Shown: positions 1-9,392 of the stretch, piece by piece
How the letters are laid out: each line of letters starts with the position of its first letter
How positions within the stretch are numbered: position 1 is the first letter of the stretch
Source of the DNA: an uncultured Chloroflexia bacterium
GTDB taxonomy: Bacteria > Chloroflexota > Anaerolineae > B4-G1 > SLSP01
Direction of reading: 5' to 3'
Assembly: GCA_963751345.1 (NCBI GenBank)
Contig: CAVVUS010000010.1
Coordinates: 128,001 to 192,000, forward strand
Length of the DNA: 64,000 bases
The notes under the pieces: model-generated
Told to the model about the DNA's origin: nothing
The model's input: only the letters and a program-made list of their open reading frames with translations
Database searches by the model: none
Program-made: the position numbers and the translations under genes

Positions 1-422
1 GCTTTGCGTAGCAGTTTCTCTCTAGGGCGGAACTCCTCGATAAACCTCATCATAGTTAGCCGCTGCTCGATGTGCTGTGGATCATAGCTGTCTATCAGCA
101 GGTGTTCGGCGCTTGCAAGGTCGCCAGCTTCTGCGAAGTCGGTGGCTTGCCTCATCACGTCCGGCTTCAGTGCCCCATAGGCAATCCAGCCCAATGGCGC
201 GAGATTGTCATTGAACCGATCTGGCATACTAATCATAATCTCAAGCTTCTCGGCAAGATCGGGAAACCTATCAGAGATCTCCTGTAGCTTCTCATTCCTG
301 AGGCCAAACTGACTGAGTAAGTTCATGGAGTCTCGAAGAGTCGCAATTTCTGACATTTCTTTGTCGAGTCTTGCGAACGATGGGATATCCCGTATTCGGT
401 CTGTGTCAGCGTCTTCTGTCAT
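1..422 (-). CDS. Hypothetical protein (runs off the window start), with an apparent frameshift near 303
   Basis: Manual translation from ATG at 422 gives MTEDADTDRIRDIPSFARLDKEM...LSQL. It continues in a shifted frame as NEKLQEISDRFPDLAEKLEIMISMPDRFNDNLAPLGWIAYGALKP... with no stop before position 1. Confidence 0.55.
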   Translation of the reverse strand, partial: MTEDADTDRIRDIPSFARLDKEMSEIATLRDSMNLLSQFGLRNEKLQEISDRFPDLAEKLEIMISMPDRFNDNLAPLGWIAYGALKPDVMRQATDFAEAGDLASAEHLLIDSYDPQHIEQRLTMMRFIEEFRPREKLLRK

Positions 423-617
423 AGGTCCGTACAGCTATCCGTAAGGCTGGTTCTCTGTGGCACCACTTTCCCATCCTGCTGGCGGAAAGTATTTCACCGA
501 GCTGCAGGTAAGTTCACCATTCATTAGCGTGATTGATCGGGTTTGTCATCTCAGCAGCCGGATCCGCTCTGCGGCCGCTCTTGAGTACCTCTAGCGCATA
601 ATGTATCCACTTCGGCA

Positions 618-884
618 TCATTTCTGGCGATCTGCCCAATGCCGTACCATCTCGGTGCTATCCTCACCTGCGCTTGATGGTATGGCTTCGGCCAGGATAT
701 CCATTGCTGCTATTGCAGCCTGTACACTGGGCTGGTTCCCGGTCGCACGGCTCTCTTTCGCTGCGATATACTGCCGTAGCGCCTCGCGTATGAGTTCGCT
801 CCGGCTGCAGCGTTTTGCCTCTGCTACCGCATCGACTTGCGCGAGGAGATCATCGGGGAGTGAGATCTTTGCTCTCGTTGTCAT
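618..884 (-). CDS. Ribbon-helix-helix (CopG/NikR-like) protein, probable antitoxin
   Basis: MTTRAKISLPDDLLAQVDAVAEAKRCSRSELIREALRQY matches the RHH pattern. G-rich RBS upstream of ATG at 884. Confidence 0.8.
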   Translation of the reverse strand: MTTRAKISLPDDLLAQVDAVAEAKRCSRSELIREALRQYIAAKESRATGNQPSVQAAIAAMDILAEAIPSSAGEDSTEMVRHWADRQK

Positions 885-1267
885 ACCCCACCCTTTCACG
901 CTCTTATCAACCAAAGGACATATCCTGTCGGTTACGTGGGGAAACCTGCGACATCTTCCTGGCATCCATCTGTTAGGCGTGAGCGGGAGGCGGCTTCCTT
1001 GAGTCGGGCATCTGCGTCCGCTCACCGCTGTGTCGAGGCAGCATTGTGCGGTGACGTTGTGCGACGATGTATCCTCCAGTATATGCACCGTACCGCGCAC
1101 GTCAAGTTTTCCTTGCGAGCGGATCACCGCCTGTAACAATGGAGGATGCTGCCGGTCCCGGTCTGCTTTCTTGACTCATCTGTATTTAGGTTGAACGATC
1201 GGTAAATCCGGTCGGATGACAGGAGACGGGTGGATGAGCGCTCTGGCCTCAATGTCAGACCGTGGGA

Positions 1268-2109
1268 TTATGAGCCGCCCGGTTCCGGGATCTCCCGATC
1301 GCACATACGACCTATGTATTCGCCGATCTCTTTGTTTGCCCTAAGGGGGCATTGGGCTGGGGACCTCCTGTTGCAGTAAAGCCGCTTGAAGTAGATCAGG
1401 ACGAGATGGGCCCACCAAACAGGCGCGGTGCTCGCCGGGAGATCGAGTCCACCGTATCCCGAGTGCCTGTGCCAGATCGTAATATCGGCCTGGGGAGCTA
1501 CTCAGACTATGCTCAATATACTTCCGCATAATCTCGTGTGCGATGGGGCTCTTGGGTAGCTGTAACCCAAGGCATGGCCCGAGGAGATCTTTCATTCCAG
1601 AATCCACAGGAAAGATCCCGCAATGGTATCCCTTGGCGTACAGACACCGCACACTGGGCTACTTTGTAGCCAGCACCCTTTACCCTTTTTGCCATCTCGT
1701 TGATCAAAAGATCATTGGGACCATCCAAAACGTCTAGAGTCTCGACCGAGGCCGTCGATGAAAGCGCATATGGAGTGCAAATACTGCCGACGGGCTGTGA
1801 AGAGGCCGAGAGGCCCCACGAGATTGTATAGTTCTGCGTCTCTAGGCTGCATAGGTTCTCGTAACCGATGTACGCTGCCTGCCGGACAACCCTTTGATAG
1901 GTCGTGATCATAGTGTAGGAAACTCGGGTGCTCCATCCGGCGATCACCATACGGAGCCGCCAGTCTTCTACATCGCGCGGCCACCACCGATCGTCGTCGT
2001 GGTTCCTGATCACTTCCTCGCGAACGTCTCCTTGACCAGCGCAGACCGCGAGGATGTCGTAGAGCATCCCGGGGGACAACCCATTCGGTCCTTCATTTTC
2101 CGTGATCAT
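1268..2109 (-). pseudogene. HhH-GPD / endonuclease III-like DNA glycosylase, broken by about 4 frameshifts (error or pseudogene)
   Basis: Stitched frames give the HhH motif VKGAGYKVAQCAVLY, the catalytic FPVDSG and the C-terminal HLVLIYFKRLYCNRRSPAQCPL. Shifts occur near 1840, 1748, 1646 and 1460. Confidence 0.65.
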
Positions 2110-2170
2110 GAACGCTCTACGTACCGAGGAACCCCCAAGGTCTTTTCCGAAGCGCTATCTTGCTCCTGCC

Positions 2171-3613
2171 CTAATCGCGCCCTTCCCCCCGCCCGCCGGC
2201 ATGGCACTGCGCACAATCGTCGACGTTGTTGATGCCTTCCCGGGCGTGCCGGGCTACGATCTCGGCCTCCTGGTGGTCGTGACACCCGCCGTAGCAGGTA
2301 TACGTCTGCAGGGCGTCCGGGTGACACGTCTGGCAGGTGTTCGCAGCGGCGCGAGTTCCGTGGTCGATGGGGAAGGTGTGGGTCTGGTTGAACTGGGCCG
2401 GCGACCAGGCAGCCGTGGTGTGGCACGACGCGCAGTCGGTGCCGAACAGGCCCGCGTGGTAGGCCGGGTCGTCGTGGCAGGCCGAGCACTGCGTCGGCGT
2501 GCCCTTGAAGACGTTGTTCGCGTGACACTGCGCGCACGCCACCTGGACGTGGGCGCCGGTGAGCGGGAACGCCGTCTTGCTGTGATCGAAGGTCGCCTGC
2601 TGCCAACTGTCGGCCGTGTGACACGCGCCGCAGTCCTGGCCGAATTGGCCGTCGTGCGCGTCGTCCTTCTGATGGCAGGAGAAGCAGTCCGTCGGTGTGC
2701 CCTTGAAGACGTTGTTCACGTGACACTGCGCGCACGCCACCTGGACGTGGGCGCCGACGAGCGGGAAGGCGGTCTTGCTGTGATCGAAGGTGGCTTGCTG
2801 CCAGGCCACAGACGTGTGGCACGCGCCGCAGTCCTGGCCGAACTGGCCGTCGTGTGCGTCGTCCTTCTGGTGGCAGGAGAAGCAGTCCTGGGGTGTGGCC
2901 TGCAGCTCGGCGATGGTACCGGCCCCGGTGTGGCAGCTCGCGCAGGCCAGGGGGGCATGCCCACCCTCCAGGGGAAAGGCCACACGGTTATGATCGAAGT
3001 TGGGACCGTACGTGTCCAGGCCGTCGTGGCAGGCCAGGCAGCCGGCGTCGAACGCTGCCAGGTGATCCTGCATAAAGCCGGCATCCATCTCCGTGTGGCA
3101 GGTGGTGCAGGTCGCCACGTCGAAGTTGGCCAGGCCGGACCCGTGGCAGTCTGCACAGGTGAAGGCGGCGCCATCGGCCGTCTCCCGGTGGCCTTTGAGC
3201 GAATAGCCGGTGGCATCGTGGGGAAAGGTGGCGGAATCGACGACCGTCAGCAATGCCGCAGCTCCCTTGTGTTCGGGGTGGCAACTGTAGCAGGGCAGGT
3301 GATCGGCCCCTACTTTGAGCGCGCCGTGCAGGCTCGTGGCATCTGCCAACTGGCCGGTGACGTCGGTGTGGCAGGCCAGGCAGCGGTCCGACATCGTCGC
3401 GCTGGTCCAGGGGGCCGTGTGGCAGGCAGCGCAGTCGCCGCCGGTCGCAGCGTGGGACTGCACCCCGCCCAGCGACCCGCCCGCCTGGGCATTGAGCGGG
3501 CCCGGACTGAACAGCCCGCTGCCCCAGATCAGGATGATCCCCGCCACCAGGAGCAGGGTCAACAGCCCGGCGATCATGCCGCCGGCAGAGAGACACCCCA
3601 AGGGTTTCTTCAT
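2171..3613 (-). CDS. Membrane-anchored multiheme cytochrome c (17 CxxCH plus 1 CxxxCH)
   Basis: N-terminal hydrophobic helix (GMIAGLLTLLLVAGIILIW). Heme motifs counted in the translation. Repeated FDH...FPLxGxH units. Confidence 0.93.
   Translation of the reverse strand: MKKPLGCLSAGGMIAGLLTLLLVAGIILIWGSGLFSPGPLNAQAGGSLGGVQSHAATGGDCAACHTAPWTSATMSDRCLACHTDVTGQLADATSLHGALKVGADHLPCYSCHPEHKGAAALLTVVDSATFPHDATGYSLKGHRETADGAAFTCADCHGSGLANFDVATCTTCHTEMDAGFMQDHLAAFDAGCLACHDGLDTYGPNFDHNRVAFPLEGGHAPLACASCHTGAGTIAELQATPQDCFSCHQKDDAHDGQFGQDCGACHTSVAWQQATFDHSKTAFPLVGAHVQVACAQCHVNNVFKGTPTDCFSCHQKDDAHDGQFGQDCGACHTADSWQQATFDHSKTAFPLTGAHVQVACAQCHANNVFKGTPTQCSACHDDPAYHAGLFGTDCASCHTTAAWSPAQFNQTHTFPIDHGTRAAANTCQTCHPDALQTYTCYGGCHDHQEAEIVARHAREGINNVDDCAQCHAGGRGEGRD
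2493..2888. repeat. Intragenic tandem duplication, 2 x 198 bp (66 aa, three hemes per unit)
   Basis: ccttgaagacgttgttc occurs at 2503 and 2701. The protein unit DCFSCHQKDDAHDGQFGQDCGACHT..WQQATFDHSKTAFPLxGAHVQVACAQCHxNNVFKGTPT is duplicated. Confidence 0.92.
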
Positions 3614-3644
3614 TGGGCTCCCAGCTCCTCCCGGTTCCCCGGGC

Positions 3645-4463
3645 CTATTTGAGCAGGGTAGCGTAGTAAACAGCTCCGACCACGTGGATGAAAGCGGCGA
3701 CAAAGAGGACAATGCCGATGGGAATGTGAACCGCGCGCCACACGCCCAACATATGGCGGGCCGTGGTCAGCGAAGCCGCCTGGCGGCGCAGCGTGTTCCG
3801 CCGGTTGAGCAGGCGGTCCATCTTGTTGGCCTGGGCGCGGACGTCCGGCGCCATGCGCTGTTTCTCGCGCCGCCAGGCCAGGCGCGCGCCCCAGCCCGAA
3901 AACGAACGGCCCATGACCAGCACGAGCCCGTTGGGGGAGATCTCCGTCGCGGTCGCCTGCCATCGGGTCAGGGCTTGCGCGGCATCGGGATGGTCGGCCA
4001 GCCAGAGCGACAGCTCGGCTTCGACGGCGGCGATCTCGGTCTCGAGGACGCCGGCCTCGACCTCGGCACCGTCGAGGGTGCGCGGCACCGCTGTATAGAT
4101 GTAGCGCCCGACAAAGCCGCTCACGACGATGATGGCCGTCATCAGCGTCACGATGCCGGCCAGGCCGTTGTAGGTCCACGAGGTATGCAGCAGCACCAGG
4201 AACGGCCCTACCAGGCCGGTGAAGACGTGAAAGCGCAGCCAGGCCGCGGGACGCCCCCACCGTGCCCTGCGCGACCGCTTGCGCAGGGAGTAGAGGGTCT
4301 CGGTCATCAGCATCATCACAAAGCCCACGATGCCCAGCGAGTGGCCGATCAGGTGGCCGGCAGCCGGCACTGCACCCAGCCGCCGGACGGCGAGCGCATA
4401 TCCCGATCCAAGCAGCACCATGGCCGCGAAGGCGTAGGGGAGCTCAAGGCTACGACGCTGCAT
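3645..4463 (-). CDS. Integral membrane protein with conserved His in TM helices (ferric-reductase-like / cytochrome b-like)
   Basis: GHSLGIVG..LYSLRKR..WLRFHVFTGLVGPFLVLLH and the C-terminal WRAVHIP..FIHV. RBS GAGGAG upstream. Confidence 0.75.
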   Translation of the reverse strand: MQRRSLELPYAFAAMVLLGSGYALAVRRLGAVPAAGHLIGHSLGIVGFVMMLMTETLYSLRKRSRRARWGRPAAWLRFHVFTGLVGPFLVLLHTSWTYNGLAGIVTLMTAIIVVSGFVGRYIYTAVPRTLDGAEVEAGVLETEIAAVEAELSLWLADHPDAAQALTRWQATATEISPNGLVLVMGRSFSGWGARLAWRREKQRMAPDVRAQANKMDRLLNRRNTLRRQAASLTTARHMLGVWRAVHIPIGIVLFVAAFIHVVGAVYYATLLK

Positions 4464-4492
4464 TCTATTTCTCCTCTGAACAATCATCTGTC

Positions 4493-4584
4493 GTAGAGAC
4501 GCCCCGGTGGGGCGTCTTCGGACGCTGAGAGCCTACCAATGGCGTGCTTCTGCGTCCGGAGACGGGCCACCGGCCCGTCTCTAC
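4493..4584. repeat. GTAG-type REP doublet (REPIN-like), intergenic copy
   Basis: GTAGAGACGCCCCGGTGGGGCGTCT ... AGACGGGCCACCGGCCCGTCTCTAC: two inverted hairpin units. A second copy lies at 12228-12317. Confidence 0.8.
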
Positions 4585-4643
4585 AACGGTGCCAAGGGAC
4601 CGGTTCTGCGGAAAACTGACGGACACGCGTGGCATTCCCGCCG

Positions 4644-5948
4644 CTAATCGCCCCCATCAGCCCAGAAGCGCGTGACCAGGTCTTCCAGGCGTGCCTTGGG
4701 CTGCAACAACTGCTCCCGAATAGGCGTGATGTCGACCTGTCCGCCGATGAGGTGGTGGAGTGGCCGGGAGACGGCCTGGTCGCCCATCACGACGGCACCC
4801 AGCAGGGCTCGCTCGCCCACCACCAGACGGATGCGGTTGGGCCCCGATCCTTCCTCTGCGCCGGCCGCGTCGGGCAGTTGTCGCCAGCTTTCGCTGTCGC
4901 CGCGCGCGATCCCCTTCAGATCCGCATCCCGGCCGCGACCCACGCTGCCGATGATGGTCGTCGTCAGCCCGGCAAGGCGGGTGACGTTCAGGGATACGGC
5001 CTTGCGATACGAGATGGATTGGCCGGCCATGTTCGCTCCGGCCGTGCGTCCCTGGGCCAGAGCCACGTTCCACAGGGTGTCCAGAACCGATCTGCCGGTG
5101 AAGGGGTCGTGGACCTGGGCGATGTCGCCGGCCGCAAATACATCCGGTTCGCTGCTCTGCAGCATCTCATTGACCAGAACCCCTCGATCGGTCGCGATGC
5201 CCGCCATCTCGGCCAGCTCCTTCCGCGGCAGGACGCCGATGGCGATGGCTACCAGGTCACAGTCGATCTGCTGCCCATCCTGGGTGAGCACGGCCGCCAC
5301 GCGGCCTCGCCGGCCCAGAATCTGGGCGGCCTCGGTCTGGTAGTGAATCTGCACCCCTTGCTCCCGGAGGCGGCGCTCGACGATGTGCGACTCGGTCTCG
5401 TCCAGGACGTTACTCCAGTAGCGGTCGCGGCGGATGAAATAGTGGGCGCGGACGCCGCGGGCGTGCAGTCCCTCGACGATCTCCAGGGCGGTGATGCCGC
5501 CACCCAAGACCACGGCAGTGCGTCCCCGCCGGCCGTGCTTGAGGATGTGGCGAGCGTCGTTCAGATCGTCCAGCTTGGCGACCCCTTCCAAATCGCTGCC
5601 GGGGAGCTCCATAGCCACCGCCAGCGCACCCGTGGCGATCAGCAGCCGGTCGTAGGTCAGGCTCCCGTGCTGGTCGGTCATCACCTGATGCGCCTTGGTG
5701 TCCACGCCCGTGACGTGGGCGTGAAGCCGGCGCAGATCGAGCCGCTGAAAGTCCCGCTCGTCAAAGGGGTGGAGCAGCGACTCGGGCACTTCGCCGGTCA
5801 GGTAGTAGGCCAGGCCCGGCCGCGAATAGTAGCCGTGCTGATCTTCGCTCACCAGTAGGATGTCGCCGCCCGGGTCCTCGTGGCGAATCGTTTCGGCGGC
5901 GGCGATGCCTGCCGCACCCATCCCGACGATCAGGTAGCGATGTGTCAT
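4644..5948 (-). CDS. FAD-dependent pyridine nucleotide-disulfide oxidoreductase (NAD(P)H:rubredoxin/ferredoxin reductase-like)
   Basis: GMGAAG FAD motif, ATGA, GGGITALE NAD motif and VFAAGD. Confidence 0.88.
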   Translation of the reverse strand: MTHRYLIVGMGAAGIAAAETIRHEDPGGDILLVSEDQHGYYSRPGLAYYLTGEVPESLLHPFDERDFQRLDLRRLHAHVTGVDTKAHQVMTDQHGSLTYDRLLIATGALAVAMELPGSDLEGVAKLDDLNDARHILKHGRRGRTAVVLGGGITALEIVEGLHARGVRAHYFIRRDRYWSNVLDETESHIVERRLREQGVQIHYQTEAAQILGRRGRVAAVLTQDGQQIDCDLVAIAIGVLPRKELAEMAGIATDRGVLVNEMLQSSEPDVFAAGDIAQVHDPFTGRSVLDTLWNVALAQGRTAGANMAGQSISYRKAVSLNVTRLAGLTTTIIGSVGRGRDADLKGIARGDSESWRQLPDAAGAEEGSGPNRIRLVVGERALLGAVVMGDQAVSRPLHHLIGGQVDITPIREQLLQPKARLEDLVTRFWADGGD

Positions 5949-5967
5949 TCCGGGCTCCCCCGCCGAC

Positions 5968-6222
5968 TCACAGCTTCGCGGCGGTCGGGGCCGCGATCAG
6001 TTCGAAGCGCAGCACATCCCGCGGGCAGCGGGCCACGCACTCGCCGCACGTCAGGCAGTGGCTGTCCTTGACCGGCTCGTTCAGCCAGGCGTAGCGCCGC
6101 ACGTCGATGTCGATGGGGCAGTAATACGAGCAGATGCCGCACTGCACGCAGCGCCCCGGTTCGGGCACCACCCAGCCGTTGGCGGTCACCGCGTGCCCAC
6201 TCGTTTTCAAAGCTTTACGCAT
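5968..6222 (-). CDS. 2x[4Fe-4S] dicluster ferredoxin-like protein
   Basis: CVQCGICSYYCP and CLTCGECVARCP. GGAGG RBS before ATG at 6222. Confidence 0.9.
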   Translation of the reverse strand: MRKALKTSGHAVTANGWVVPEPGRCVQCGICSYYCPIDIDVRRYAWLNEPVKDSHCLTCGECVARCPRDVLRFELIAAPTAAKL

Positions 6223-6444
6223 CCCCCCTCCGCTTGATTCTTGCCTCAGCCTCAACCTTCTCCTCTAGCACCCCACCCGCACGTCGTGCCGGCTCGTGGA
6301 TACACGCCAGCAGATTCGGATGGGTCAGGGATGTCTAGCAGTTCGCCAATTGGTCGATTGGTTACTTTCAGGCCTCGGTTCTGCAAGGCTCGATCATTAG
6401 CATACCAAATAATCACGAACCGAAACGACGGAATTGGTTTGACT

Positions 6445-7152
6445 CTACGGAATCCTCAACACGAACGACCAGCCCTCACCGCTGGCAGTTGCGCCGTCCT
6501 CGACCGGCAAGACCAGGTCGACGGTTTGGGTGCCGGACCAGGGGTAATTGCCGTGGAAGTTGGGTGCGGTGACGTCGACGATCTGCTGGCCCGTCGTCTC
6601 GACCTGCAGGTTGAGCGTGCCGCCCTCACCCGTGGCGACGCACGTGCCGCTGACGGTCATCACCGTATCCAACGACACATCGTAGGTTACCTCGTCCTCG
6701 ACCAGCGTGTCCTGATAGACGATGGGTGTCTGCCCCTGGACCGCGTAGGGGGAAGCATCACCGGTTACGGTAAACGGGATCGACCCGATCGCGAAAGGCT
6801 CCAGGCCCACGACTTCAGCTGGGCCGACGAGGAGCTGCGCGTCCAGCACGCCGCTCAACCCCCGGCAAGGATCGGCCACCGGGGTCACGGGAGTGGGCAG
6901 ATTCACAGCCGGCGCCGTCGTTGGCGTCGGCGTAGCCGTCGGGGCCGCGTCGGGCTCCGGCGTAGACATCGCGGAGGAAGGGGAAGCGGGACTCGGGGTC
7001 GCAGTGGGTGATGGGGAAGGCGTCGCCGTGGGTGTCGACGTTAGCGTGGCGGTGGGGGTTGCCGTCTCCGGCAGAGGGGAGGGCGAGCAGGCCGCGACCA
7101 GCAAGAGGCTGAACAGCACGAGCACGACAGCGTAGGAGCTTGGTCTTTTCAT
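6445..7152 (-). CDS. Lipoprotein with Pro/Thr-rich linker, unknown function
   Basis: MKRPSSYAVVLVLFSLLLVAAC lipobox, TPT repeats and an AAGGAG RBS. Confidence 0.8.
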   Translation of the reverse strand: MKRPSSYAVVLVLFSLLLVAACSPSPLPETATPTATLTSTPTATPSPSPTATPSPASPSSAMSTPEPDAAPTATPTPTTAPAVNLPTPVTPVADPCRGLSGVLDAQLLVGPAEVVGLEPFAIGSIPFTVTGDASPYAVQGQTPIVYQDTLVEDEVTYDVSLDTVMTVSGTCVATGEGGTLNLQVETTGQQIVDVTAPNFHGNYPWSGTQTVDLVLPVEDGATASGEGWSFVLRIP

Positions 7153-7387
7153 CGCATTCTCCTTGCGGTTTGATAGGTACTCTACCGGATGAAAAGTGGG
7201 ATACCGCCCGTGGCTTGTATGTGGGCTGCGTTGCGACGGCGATGAATCTATGATAGCAGGGGGCGCCGCGGAGGTCAAACGGCTTTGTGTGGGTGCAGGG
7301 CTTCACCATTTTCGGGCTGGGAGCCCAAGCAGGCCGAGAGCTCCGTGGGCTTGTGATATCAGCCGCGGGCGGCCCGCAGCGCCCTCC

Positions 7388-8467
7388 TTATGATAGAGTC
7401 ACCGCAATGCGGGTCGCCGTGTAGGTCAGCCAGTCATCCTCCACCAGGTGGTAGAGGTGATACCGCAGCACCGAGCCGCCGGTCCTGGCGATGGTGTCCC
7501 AATAGGCTGCGCCATAGTGGGCCTCGTAGTCCTTCACGATCGCGCCGACGTGCCGCACGAAGGCCGGGATCGGCGCTTCCTGCGTGCGGAAGACGCCCTC
7601 GCCCGGACGATAGTATCCCTTGAGCCAGCTCAGCAGCGCCCGGATGGGCGGGACTCCCATGTCGATACCCGCTTCGCTGAACATCAGCAGCTCCTTGACG
7701 GTGTTGTGCCCGTGGTAGACCCACGTCCGGATGTGGTCCGGGTTCTGCTGGGAGAGGTGCCATACCAGGAACTCAAGGGCTGCCGGCAGGGCGCGCCGGT
7801 GGCGAGGGTCCTCGGAGTAGAAGAGCGCCTGGGCCGCAAAGGTGGAGCCCCACGCGCAGCTTCGATCCCAGGGCCAGCGGCCCTTGGTCTTCGACGGCGT
7901 GGGGGAGTCCGCCAGATGGTTGGGGTTGAGCCACCCACCATCCGGTCGTTGGCAGAGGGTGAGCCAATCCCATCCGCCTTGCAGGCGTGCATCCGAGGCC
8001 ATACCGACGCTGGCAAAAGCCCGCAGGGGAATGGCATAGAGGCCGCAGCAATTCGCCGTCTCCGGGAGTGAGCCATCGCGGTGGTAGTCTGTCTCCTGGA
8101 GCACGGATGCGCAGCCTTTCCGGACTCGCGCATCTTCCGCCGTGAAGCCCATTTCCCCCAGAAACGGCAGGATCCAGGCCGTGGTGACGAACTTGGGCCG
8201 CGTCGAGGTATAGCCGCGGCCCGTCTGCCGGCGATATCCCCGCGGTCCCCACGGGCCGCCGCTGAACCACGAGCCATCCTCATTCTGTTTGGAGAAGATC
8301 TCATCGGCGTCGCTGCCCTCTTCGACCTGGCGCCAGAGCTCCATCATAGGCTTGGCGTGGGGGTCCGTCCTCAGGATATGCTTGTGCGTGAGGTACTTCA
8401 CGGGCGGCGACGCGTTCTCGAGCAGCCAGTGGGTGCTCGCACGGATCTCCTCGGGGGTCATGAACAT
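7388..8467 (-). CDS. Prenyltransferase / squalene-cyclase-repeat (alpha-alpha barrel) protein
   Basis: QW-like motifs QNEDGSW and QRPDGGW. GAGGAG RBS. Confidence 0.65.
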   Translation of the reverse strand: MFMTPEEIRASTHWLLENASPPVKYLTHKHILRTDPHAKPMMELWRQVEEGSDADEIFSKQNEDGSWFSGGPWGPRGYRRQTGRGYTSTRPKFVTTAWILPFLGEMGFTAEDARVRKGCASVLQETDYHRDGSLPETANCCGLYAIPLRAFASVGMASDARLQGGWDWLTLCQRPDGGWLNPNHLADSPTPSKTKGRWPWDRSCAWGSTFAAQALFYSEDPRHRRALPAALEFLVWHLSQQNPDHIRTWVYHGHNTVKELLMFSEAGIDMGVPPIRALLSWLKGYYRPGEGVFRTQEAPIPAFVRHVGAIVKDYEAHYGAAYWDTIARTGGSVLRYHLYHLVEDDWLTYTATRIAVTLS

Positions 8468-8578
8468 AGAGGCTTACTCCTCGATGGAGTACTGTCTACG
8501 TCTGCCCATTCCGAAGATCGAGGGATGGGCTACCACGAACCCGGTCTTTATGATGGGGCGAGTGGTGCCTGCGAGGCG

Positions 8579-9332
<754 letters not shown>

Positions 9333-9392
9333 TCAGCATGGCACAAGAACGGGCGCATGTCAATAATGGCTGTGGCGTGTACCCGTTCCGAG

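Noticed and set aside
900-1260. Integron attC-like sites (GTTAGGC near 972)
   Set aside because: No convincing paired core sites or long imperfect stem could be built, and there is no integrase in the window.
2102-3652. 516-aa plus-strand ORF and other long antisense ORFs (4629-5858, 10731-12749, 23109-24296)
   Set aside because: These are shadow ORFs of well-supported genes in GC-rich DNA, with no motifs of their own.
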